A DNA stretch of 64,000 bases from Bacteroidota bacterium (lineage in GTDB: Bacteria > Bacteroidota > Bacteroidia > Bacteroidales > JAIFNL01): assembly GCA_020047755.1 (NCBI GenBank), contig JAIFNL010000080.1, positions 1,297 through 65,296 on the forward strand, written 5' to 3'. Positions 31,732 through 39,417 of this stretch are shown piece after piece (positions within the stretch are counted from its first letter, which is position 1; each line of letters opens with the position of its first letter). The notes beneath the pieces are model-generated. The model worked only from the letters and a program-made list of their open reading frames with translations, was not told the DNA's origin and did not search any database. The position numbers were made by a program, and so were the translations under genes.

Positions 31732-31920
31732 TGATAGCGCAACTTGATAATAGCCGAAATTCTAAGAAAAGCAAAATTACGTAATTTTTTCAAAATTATA
31801 ATAATAAATTATTATATTATTAAATTTTCCTACTGTTATTTTATCATTAAAATTAAAAAAATTACAACTTTAGCTTACTTTTTTAAAAAGCCACCATTTT
31901 TTTACACTACCAATTATTTA
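31732..31920 (+). repeat. Intergenic repeat element A, copy A3
   Basis: tgatagcgcaacttgataatagccgaaattctaagaaaagcaaaattacg ... ctgttattttatc ... ccaccatttttttacactaccaattattta. Confidence 0.8.
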
Positions 31921-31959
31921 GAAATTCTCTAATATTTTCCGTTTTTTTTAGGATTAAAT

Positions 31960-32292
31960 TTACGAAAAAAGCATTTCGTAAGGTCTTTCCATTAACTCTT
32001 CAAGCTCATTTAACCCAATATTGCGGCTTTTACGCACATATTCTCTACCGTCAACAAAAATAAGTAAGCTAGGCACAGCAAACACGCGCTGCTGTGCCGA
32101 TAACTCTGGGCTTTCCTTGGTATTTACATAAAAAAGCCCTGTTTTGGGAAATTCTTCTGTAAAAAGCTCTTCTATCTTAGGCTTCAAAACCTTACACACA
32201 TTGCACTCATTGTGCGAGAAATAAAACAAAGCAGCAGCATTTTGGGTTATTGCAGCCTCATATTCAGCTATCGAAGTTATTGTTTGATACAT
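31960..32292 (-). CDS. Thioredoxin-family protein
   Basis: CxxC motif (SHNECNVCKVLKP), followed by VPSLLIF (cis-Pro loop region). 110 aa. Confidence 0.7.
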   Translation of the reverse strand: MYQTITSIAEYEAAITQNAAALFYFSHNECNVCKVLKPKIEELFTEEFPKTGLFYVNTKESPELSAQQRVFAVPSLLIFVDGREYVRKSRNIGLNELEELMERPYEMLFS

Positions 32293-32509
32293 TTTTAGTT
32301 ACTTATAGTTTGGTTTGAAAAAACATCACAAAAGTAAAAAGATTTTAGGATTATTTATAAAAAAGAACTTAGATTCTTTTTTTGACCAAACAAATCAATT
32401 TAGAAAAAAAGTAAAAAAAAATTGTATCGTTAATGAAAAAAATATATATTTACGCTCCGAAAAAATCAAAGTATTTACATACAAACATAACTAAATAAAA
32501 ATGATAACT

Positions 32510-33754
32510 ATGGCAAAAATTAAAGTTCAAAATCCTGTAGTTGAACTAGATGGCGATGAAATGACCAGAGTAATTTGGCAATTTATCAAAGACAAACTTA
32601 TTCTTCCTTATCTCGATTTGGATATTAAATATTACGATTTGGGCATTGAAAAACGCGACGAAACGAATGACAAAATAACTGTTGAAGCTGCCGAGGCTAT
32701 AAAAAAATATGGGGTTGGCATAAAATGTGCCACAATTACTCCCGACGAATACCGAGTAGAAGAGTTTGGGCTCAAAGAAATGTGGAAGTCGCCAAACGGA
32801 ACTATTCGCAACATTTTGGGAGGAACCGTTTTTCGCGAACCTATTGTAATTAAGAACATTCCAAAGCTAGTTCCGGGTTGGACTATGCCAATAGTTATTG
32901 GACGTCATGCCTTTGGCGACCAATATCGAGCTACCGATTTTTTAGCCAAAGGAAAAGGCAAATTGACCATCACATTTACGCCCGAAGATGGACGTCCTGT
33001 GCAATCGTATGAAGTGTATAACTTTAAAGATGACGGAGTTGCAATGGCAATGTACAACACCGACGAGTCTATCACAGGCTTTGCACATTCATGCTTTCAA
33101 ATGTCGTTAGATAAAAAATGGCCTCTCTATTTATCGACAAAAAATACCATTCTAAAAAAATATGACGGTAGATTTAAAGATATTTTTGAAGAAATTTACC
33201 AAAAAGATTACAAAGCCGCATTTGATGCAGCTGGAATTATTTACGAGCACCGTTTAATCGACGACATGGTAGCTTCTGCCTTGAAATGGGAAGGCGGATT
33301 TATCTGGGCTTGCAAAAACTACGATGGCGATGTACAATCAGATACACTTGCTCAAGGCTTTGGTTCTCTGGGACTTATGACATCAGTTTTGGTAACCCCA
33401 GACGGGAAAACCGTTGAAGCCGAAGCTGCTCACGGAACAGTAACTCGCCACTATCGTATGCACCAGCAAGGCAAAAAAACCTCTACAAACCCTATTGCGT
33501 CTATCTTTGCGTGGACTCGTGGGCTTGCTTACAGAGGTAAATTTGATGACAACCAGGAGTTAATCAATTTTGCTACAACCTTGGAAGATGTTTGCATCAA
33601 AACCGTAGAATCTGGCAAAATGACCAAAGACTTAGCTCTTTTGATTCACGACAAAAATCTAACCGAAAAAGATTATCTAAGCACCGAAGATTTCTTGGAA
33701 GCCTTGAACCAAAATTTGCAAGCTCGCTTCAATTTCAAAACCGGCATTATTTAA
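32510..33754 (+). CDS. icd: NADP-dependent isocitrate dehydrogenase (eukaryote-like homodimeric type)
   Basis: [71 protein letters not shown]. An alternative ATG lies 9 nt upstream at 32501. Confidence 0.95.
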   Translation: MAKIKVQNPVVELDGDEMTRVIWQFIKDKLILPYLDLDIKYYDLGIEKRDETNDKITVEAAEAIKKYGVGIKCATITPDEYRVEEFGLKEMWKSPNGTIRNILGGTVFREPIVIKNIPKLVPGWTMPIVIGRHAFGDQYRATDFLAKGKGKLTITFTPEDGRPVQSYEVYNFKDDGVAMAMYNTDESITGFAHSCFQMSLDKKWPLYLSTKNTILKKYDGRFKDIFEEIYQKDYKAAFDAAGIIYEHRLIDDMVASALKWEGGFIWACKNYDGDVQSDTLAQGFGSLGLMTSVLVTPDGKTVEAEAAHGTVTRHYRMHQQGKKTSTNPIASIFAWTRGLAYRGKFDDNQELINFATTLEDVCIKTVESGKMTKDLALLIHDKNLTEKDYLSTEDFLEALNQNLQARFNFKTGII

Positions 33755-33797
33755 TCTAAAAAAAAACCAGTTTTAGAAATTTTCAAAAATAATTTTA

Positions 33798-33833
33798 AAC
33801 CCGTAAAAATATTAAAATTTTACGGGTTTTTTT
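33798..33833. terminator. Bidirectional rho-independent terminator between icd (+) and the CAP-domain gene (-)
   Basis: aaacccgtaaaa / ttttacgggttt stem followed by a T-run on the + strand. The A-run on the other side gives a T-run on the - strand. Confidence 0.75.
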
Positions 33834-33845
33834 CTATTTTCTGTT

Positions 33846-34316
33846 CTACTTTGCCAAAACCATCACCCAATAATCTCCCTTTCTAGACACAGCAATGTGA
33901 GTAAAAGCACCATTCATCATATTTAGGCAATGCCCTTCGCTATCCTTCCAACTTTGAATTACTTCAGCATTTGTTTTTTGCCCAAACGCAATATTTTCGC
34001 CACAATTACTCCACACATAACCAGCCTCTGTAATCCGCTGGCTAAAAGTAGAATTATCGGTACCCACATGCGAAAAGTGCGCGTTTTTTTCCATGTCTTC
34101 GGCATGTCGTTTGGCGGCAGCTTCGAGTTTCGTGTCCCAAGCTAGCGTTCCTACAATGGGTTTGTTTGTTGCTCCGCAGAGGCAACCACTTGTTCTTAAA
34201 TCATTTACCAAGCTCAAAATTTCTGTTTGGTCTTGGTTATCAATCGGTGTTTCTGTTTTTTCGCAGCTAAACATCAAAAAGCCAATAACTAAAATTTGAA
34301 TTAAATACTTTCTCAT
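33846..34316 (-). CDS. CAP/SCP/PR-1-like domain protein (secreted or lipoprotein)
   Basis: Signal with Cys (FLMFSCEK). LAWDTKLEAAAKRHAEDM, HFSHVG, GENIAFG, W..SEGHCLNMM are typical CAP-domain blocks. Confidence 0.8.
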   Translation of the reverse strand: MRKYLIQILVIGFLMFSCEKTETPIDNQDQTEILSLVNDLRTSGCLCGATNKPIVGTLAWDTKLEAAAKRHAEDMEKNAHFSHVGTDNSTFSQRITEAGYVWSNCGENIAFGQKTNAEVIQSWKDSEGHCLNMMNGAFTHIAVSRKGDYWVMVLAK

Positions 34317-34380
34317 AGCCTAAAAATTAAATTATGTTTTTTGAAATTAAATAATATCTGAAAAAAAATACATTTTTGTG

Positions 34381-34467
34381 GCTTTCAAAAACCTTAGTTA
34401 TTCGAAATAAACTGTGACTTTTAAAATTTCAAAATACCTAAAATCTGCTGTTTTTTTTCCAAACACG
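34381..34467. repeat. Intergenic repeat element B, copy B3
   Basis: aaactgtgacttttaaaatttcaaaatacctaaaatctgctgttttttttccaaacacg is collinear with B1. Confidence 0.65.
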
Positions 34468-34624
34468 AACTATGTAAAAATAATGAATATAATTCGTTTC
34501 AGTATAAAAATATCTGTATTTTTATTTTTATTTTTGAAAAAAAATTAGTACTTTGTGTGTTTAAATTCGATTAGAACTTCTATACTATTAGCTTTTATGT
34601 TGTGAATAGTGAATAACGTTTTAA

Positions 34625-34894
34625 TTAATTGATTTATAATAGTGTAAAAAAATATCGCCTCTTTTTTAAGAATTAGCTAAAATAAAAAAACAAGTTTTAG
34701 TGATAAAAAAATAATGTAACAATGTAACAATTTAACAATTTGTCATTAGAATTTCTCCAAAATTGCTTAATTTCGCAATTTGTAGAATTTCTGTTACTAT
34801 AAATTTACGCAATCAATTTGTCCTTAGAATATAGAAAAAGTTGCGTAATTTCACTTTTTTTTCAGAGTTTCGATTGTTTGCAAGTTACACTATC
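34625..34894 (-). repeat. Intergenic repeat element A, copy A4: inverted orientation, with an internally duplicated 5' module
   Basis: The reverse complement reads gatagtgtaacttg...gaaattacgcaactttttctatattctaaggacaaattg...gaaattctacaaattgcgaaattaagcaattttggagaaattctaatgacaaattgttaaattgttacattgttac...attttagctaattcttaaaaaagaggcgatatttttttacac. Confidence 0.75.
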
Positions 34895-34951
34895 CAATAT
34901 TTTGGCTTTTACTACGTTCAACAAAAAGATAAAATTTTATAAAAAACGAGA

Positions 34952-37162
34952 ATGAAAAAACAAGTGCTTTATTTATTAATTTTTACTTTTTTTTCAGGGT
35001 TTTCTTTTTCACAAACCAGCGAAAAAGAAGAGCCTTATTCATTTAAAAATTTCAAAAAACAAGAAATACCGTTTCTCGAATTAGCAAAACCCGATTTAAC
35101 GCAAATAAAATTAGAGGATAATAAAAAATTGCAATTTGCAAAAAAGATAGAAATAACTATTCCGGTAAAAAACAAGAAAAATATTTATCTCAAAAATGAT
35201 GAATTTTCTATTTGGAGATTTGGTATTTGTGCAAAAGATGCAATTTCATTAAATCTTACATTTTCCGAATTTAAAATACCCAAAGGGTCAAAACTATTTG
35301 TTTATAGCGCCAATAAAATGTCTATTTTAGGCGACTTTTCGTCAAAAAACAATACCGGAAGTGGTATTTTTCCTGTTTTACCAATTTACTCCGATTCGAT
35401 AATTATAGAGTATTTTGAGTTGAATAACTCTGAATTTAGCTCCAAACTAGCTATAAAATCGGTAGGTTATGGCTTTATAGATTTAAGAGAAAATAGTTCA
35501 AAATCAGGCTCTTGCAACGTTGATATTCGATGCGAACTTGGTTTACCATGGTATTTAGAAAAAAGAGGCATAGCTAAAATGTTTATCGACAACGAGTTTT
35601 TTTGTACAGGTAGTTTAGTGAATAACACCCGAAATGATGAAACACCTTATTTTTTAACAGCAAACCATTGTGTATCAAGAGAAAGTTCGGCAAACAACAC
35701 TGTTTTTTATTTTAATTACGAAAATTTAGAATGTGGCAATGCCAGTGTAGGTCTTTTTCAAACTATTTCAGGAGCAAACTTAGTAGCAACACCTGAAAAA
35801 GACAACCAACTTGATTTTTCTTTGCTAAAACTTTCAGAAAAAGTACCTGACACTTTTTTGCCTTATTATGCAGGCTGGGATTTGAGTAATTCGGCTGTAA
35901 ATAAATCAGTTAGCATACATCACCCCGATGGCGATACAAAAAAAATATCGTTCGCAAATACAGCTTTACAAACAGCTTCCTATACGGGTTATATAGCTTC
36001 AACTCATTGGAAAATAAATAAATGGGATATTGGAACTACCGAAAGCGGTTCGTCAGGAGCTCCTCTATTCGACGAAAACCGGCGCATTGTGGGGATTTTA
36101 ACTGGCGGCACGGCTTCATGTACAGCCCTAAATGAATCCGATTACTTTGCCAAATTCGCAACCGCATGGAGTTATTATTCCGAACCCAATAGACAATTAA
36201 AAAAGTGGTTAAACCCAGATAATGAGAACATTACTACATTAAATGCGTTTGAACCTTTTCCCTTGACTTCAGAAAATAATGCAGGAATTGTAGAATTTAT
36301 TTTGCCACAGCAAGTTGTTTGCTTTGGCAAAAATATTACCGCAAAAGTTTTAATTAGAAATTTTAGTTTTACCGACTTAACTACGTTAAAATTAAAGTTA
36401 AAAATAAATGATAACCTTATTGATTCTATAGCTTGGACAGGAAATTTGAACTCGTATGAAACTGATTTTGTTGAGTTTAAAAAATTCCAAATGCCCGAAG
36501 GGAATCATAAATTGACGATATTAATTTCCAACCCCAATAATACAACTGATGCTGTGATGGCAAACGATACTTTATCTTGTTTTTTTTCGGTAAGCGAAGC
36601 AAATTATTTTAAATTGAAAATAAAAACAGACAATTATGGCTACGAAACAACTTGGAAAATAGTAAATAAAGCCAAAGAAACGATTTTTTCGGGCGGTCCG
36701 TATGCTAGCAATTCTACGTTTAATTACGATATTTGTTTAGAAGATTCGTGTGCTACACTTATAATTTACGATGCAGCAGCAGACGGAGTTTGTTGCAAAT
36801 ACGGAAATGGATTGTTTGAAATTACAAACAATTCAAATTCAATCATTTATGAAAGCCCACCCTTTACTGATTCTATTTCTTTTTCATTTTGCAGCAAAAT
36901 AATAGAACAAGATACTACCCAAAATATTTTCATCTACCCCAATCCTATGTTTGAAAATATAAACGTAACATACTCAAATTTAAGTAATTTGAAATATGAA
37001 CTTTACACATTAACGGGTACTCTTTTACAAGTAGGAATTGTTTCGGAAAACAATGCAAGCATTACATTAAATGATTTTAATTCAGGTGCTTACATTATTC
37101 GTTTTTTTGATAACGATTTGTATGAAAAATTTTTTAAAATAATAAAAATAAACCGAAAATAA
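34952..37162 (+). CDS. Secreted trypsin-fold (lysyl-endopeptidase-like) serine protease with T9SS type A C-terminal sorting domain
   Basis: Signal peptide. His motif LTANHC, Ser motif GTTESGSSGAPLF, GILTGG. C-terminus IFIYPNPMFENINV...GAYIIRFF...KIIKI. Confidence 0.8.
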   Translation: MKKQVLYLLIFTFFSGFSFSQTSEKEEPYSFKNFKKQEIPFLELAKPDLTQIKLEDNKKLQFAKKIEITIPVKNKKNIYLKNDEFSIWRFGICAKDAISLNLTFSEFKIPKGSKLFVYSANKMSILGDFSSKNNTGSGIFPVLPIYSDSIIIEYFELNNSEFSSKLAIKSVGYGFIDLRENSSKSGSCNVDIRCELGLPWYLEKRGIAKMFIDNEFFCTGSLVNNTRNDETPYFLTANHCVSRESSANNTVFYFNYENLECGNASVGLFQTISGANLVATPEKDNQLDFSLLKLSEKVPDTFLPYYAGWDLSNSAVNKSVSIHHPDGDTKKISFANTALQTASYTGYIASTHWKINKWDIGTTESGSSGAPLFDENRRIVGILTGGTASCTALNESDYFAKFATAWSYYSEPNRQLKKWLNPDNENITTLNAFEPFPLTSENNAGIVEFILPQQVVCFGKNITAKVLIRNFSFTDLTTLKLKLKINDNLIDSIAWTGNLNSYETDFVEFKKFQMPEGNHKLTILISNPNNTTDAVMANDTLSCFFSVSEANYFKLKIKTDNYGYETTWKIVNKAKETIFSGGPYASNSTFNYDICLEDSCATLIIYDAAADGVCCKYGNGLFEITNNSNSIIYESPPFTDSISFSFCSKIIEQDTTQNIFIYPNPMFENINVTYSNLSNLKYELYTLTGTLLQVGIVSENNASITLNDFNSGAYIIRFFDNDLYEKFFKIIKINRK

Positions 37163-37235
37163 ATAAGCTTTATTTATCTGACCTTAAAACAAATTTTAAA
37201 TAAAAAAGTACAAAAAAATAAATTTTTCGTTGTAT

Positions 37236-38744
37236 TTACTCTGATTTAATTTCGATAAATTCAAAGTTCAAATTTACAAGTCTTTGGAAACGAAGCCCCA
37301 AAGAAAGCATATCTTCATCAATATCTTTGTATTTCCAAATAATTTTAACATTACTTTTGTTCGAAAATCGTTCCAATTCCAGAATAATTTTCATAATCTG
37401 CTTTGAAGATGCTGTATTAAAATATTCAAAATCAAAACTAAAAGTTGTTTCTGTATTAGGCTGTTTGCCATAATTTCTTATCCAACTAATGATTACATCA
37501 TAAAAATCAATAGCATTTTCGGGATACGAACGCTTTGCAATGGAAAAAAATCCTTTTTCCGCATCTAGCATTACTTCCGGAGTATCATCAGTTGGTTTTA
37601 TATTCAAAGTTTCAATCTTATTCACACTTTTTTTTATTTTAATCGTTAGCGTATAGAAATACTGCTCAGAATCTATTTTATAAAATTTAAAACCTAATTT
37701 ATTTTCGCTTTTTATACGCATGTCAATCAAACCAAGTCCAGTTTTTTTTGCGTTTCCAGAACCTTCATCGAGCAACACCCTGTCATAAGCATCGTCAAGT
37801 TCCTCATATTCAAGCAAATTTACGTAATTAATTTTATCTTCAAGTTTCTGATAATTTTCCGCTAAAATATAGTTTCCTGATGTAATAATAAAATTTTTTT
37901 CATTTTTACTTATAAAAAATATTCCGGGCTTCCCAAGTTGCTCTTTATTAGTCAGTTCACCATGTTTTACTATATTTTGAAGAAGTTCCATAATTACATT
38001 AAAAACCTTGATGGAAATTAACGATGCATTCATTTGGCTTTCAATCATAGAAAGCAAATTAAGCATATTTTCTTGGTCAAAAATACCTTTAAATGTTAAA
38101 ATAATATTTTCTTTGTTAAGAATTTTATGAAAATCAATGATTTTATCAAGTGATTGTTCTTTAATTTTCAACTCGTTCACTATTTTTTTATCATCTATTT
38201 GAGATGGAACCTTAGTGTTAAAATAAAAGTATGAAATTTTATCATTAATTTTACGAAAATTATAAAATAATTTATTTCCTGATTTTCGGCACATTTCAAT
38301 TAAACCCAATCCAGCACCACCTTTTTTTGATAATTCTCCATTTTCGAGAACTTCGAGGTAGTATTTTTTCAAAGAAGCAGCATCTAAGCTATTTACAATT
38401 TCCAATTTTTCTTGCAAATCGGGTACTTTATCGTTTTCTACCACATTGCCGGTTGTAATAAAAAAATGCCCATCACGCATCTGAATTAAAAAAATGCCAA
38501 CTGTTTCGTCATTATCTGGATTTAATTCTTGGTGTCGAGTTATATTTTGAAGTCCCTCAACCATAATAAAATACACACGTCGTTTAACAGACAAAAAGCG
38601 TTTTTCTTTTTCAAGATTCGTTTCAGCTAACGACAAAATATTCTCTGTTATGCTACGGTTAAAAACACCACGATAACAATACTCTAATGTTCCTTGTTGA
38701 ATATCCTGAAATAATTGATAGGCTAAATCATTGGTCTCGTTCAT
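37236..38744 (-). CDS. Fusion protein: two tandem SiaB-like (GHKL/anti-sigma-kinase-like) modules plus a C-terminal SiaC-like DUF1987 domain
   Basis: Internal duplication of aa ~20-178 versus ~213-370. Each half has an N-box-like motif (VEGLQNITRH / MELLQNIVKH) and a G-box-like motif (KGGAGLGLIEM / KKTGLGLIDM). The C-terminal ~120 aa carry YPENAIDFYDVIISWIRNY and FSFDFEYFNTASSKQIMKII, typical of DUF1987. Confidence 0.65.
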   Translation of the reverse strand: MNETNDLAYQLFQDIQQGTLEYCYRGVFNRSITENILSLAETNLEKEKRFLSVKRRVYFIMVEGLQNITRHQELNPDNDETVGIFLIQMRDGHFFITTGNVVENDKVPDLQEKLEIVNSLDAASLKKYYLEVLENGELSKKGGAGLGLIEMCRKSGNKLFYNFRKINDKISYFYFNTKVPSQIDDKKIVNELKIKEQSLDKIIDFHKILNKENIILTFKGIFDQENMLNLLSMIESQMNASLISIKVFNVIMELLQNIVKHGELTNKEQLGKPGIFFISKNEKNFIITSGNYILAENYQKLEDKINYVNLLEYEELDDAYDRVLLDEGSGNAKKTGLGLIDMRIKSENKLGFKFYKIDSEQYFYTLTIKIKKSVNKIETLNIKPTDDTPEVMLDAEKGFFSIAKRSYPENAIDFYDVIISWIRNYGKQPNTETTFSFDFEYFNTASSKQIMKIILELERFSNKSNVKIIWKYKDIDEDMLSLGLRFQRLVNLNFEFIEIKSE

Positions 38745-39003
38745 AATATTTAATGCTTTTTAGCTTATGTTAAACTACATTTCGATTTAAAACACAATAA
38801 AATTAAAACAGCGAAAAAAAATTTTAAAAATTTCATCTATTTGAGTAATTCCTGTCTGAAATAATAATTAGAATATACTGTAAAACAGAGAATTAAATAC
38901 AAATACACTATTTTTTCTAAAATATAAATATACGATTTAATTTTATAATTAACAAAAAAAGATTTTTTTTGTTTTATTTAAAGTTATTTTCCGTAAATAT
39001 CAT

Positions 39004-39011
39004 TAACTTTG
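39004..39011 (+). promoter_or_regulatory. Candidate -7 box (TAacTTTG) for rnpB
   Basis: Matches TAnnTTTG immediately upstream of the P1 5' strand. No well-spaced -33 TTTG was found. Confidence 0.35.
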
Positions 39012-39012
39012 C

Positions 39013-39383
39013 CGAGCAGTAAGTTGCTCTATCGCTGTTACATTTATCTGTAAGAGAGGAAAGTCCGGGCAACGCAGAGCGGCATACTTCTTAACGAGAA
39101 GATTCTTGCGAAAGAATAGTAGCGCAACAGAAAAATACCGCCTTTTTTTCGGAAAAGGTAAGGGTGAAAAGGTGGGGTAAGAGCCTACCGGTGCGGCAAG
39201 TAATTGTTGCAGCCGTGCGCCTTATGTGTTGAAAGTTCATGTATATCAGTATTTAAGGTTTGCTCGACCTATATTGAGGGGTAGAACGATTGAGTACGAA
39301 AGTAATTTCGTGCCTAGATAAATGATAGGGGATTTGGCAGAAATGCCAAATTACAGAATCCGGCTTATAGACTTACTGCTTTT
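39013..39383 (+). ncRNA. rnpB: RNase P RNA, bacterial type A
   Basis: P1 pairing agcagtaagt (39015-39024) with acttactgct (39371-39380). Universally conserved P4 strands GAGGAAAGTCCGGGC and ACAGAATCCGGCTTAT. GGTAAGGGTGAAAAGGTGGGGTAAGAGCCTACC (J11/12-P12 region). Ends are accurate to about 5 nt. Confidence 0.95.
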
Positions 39384-39417
39384 TATTTTTTTTTTGTAAA
39401 TATTCTTAGGGTTTTTT

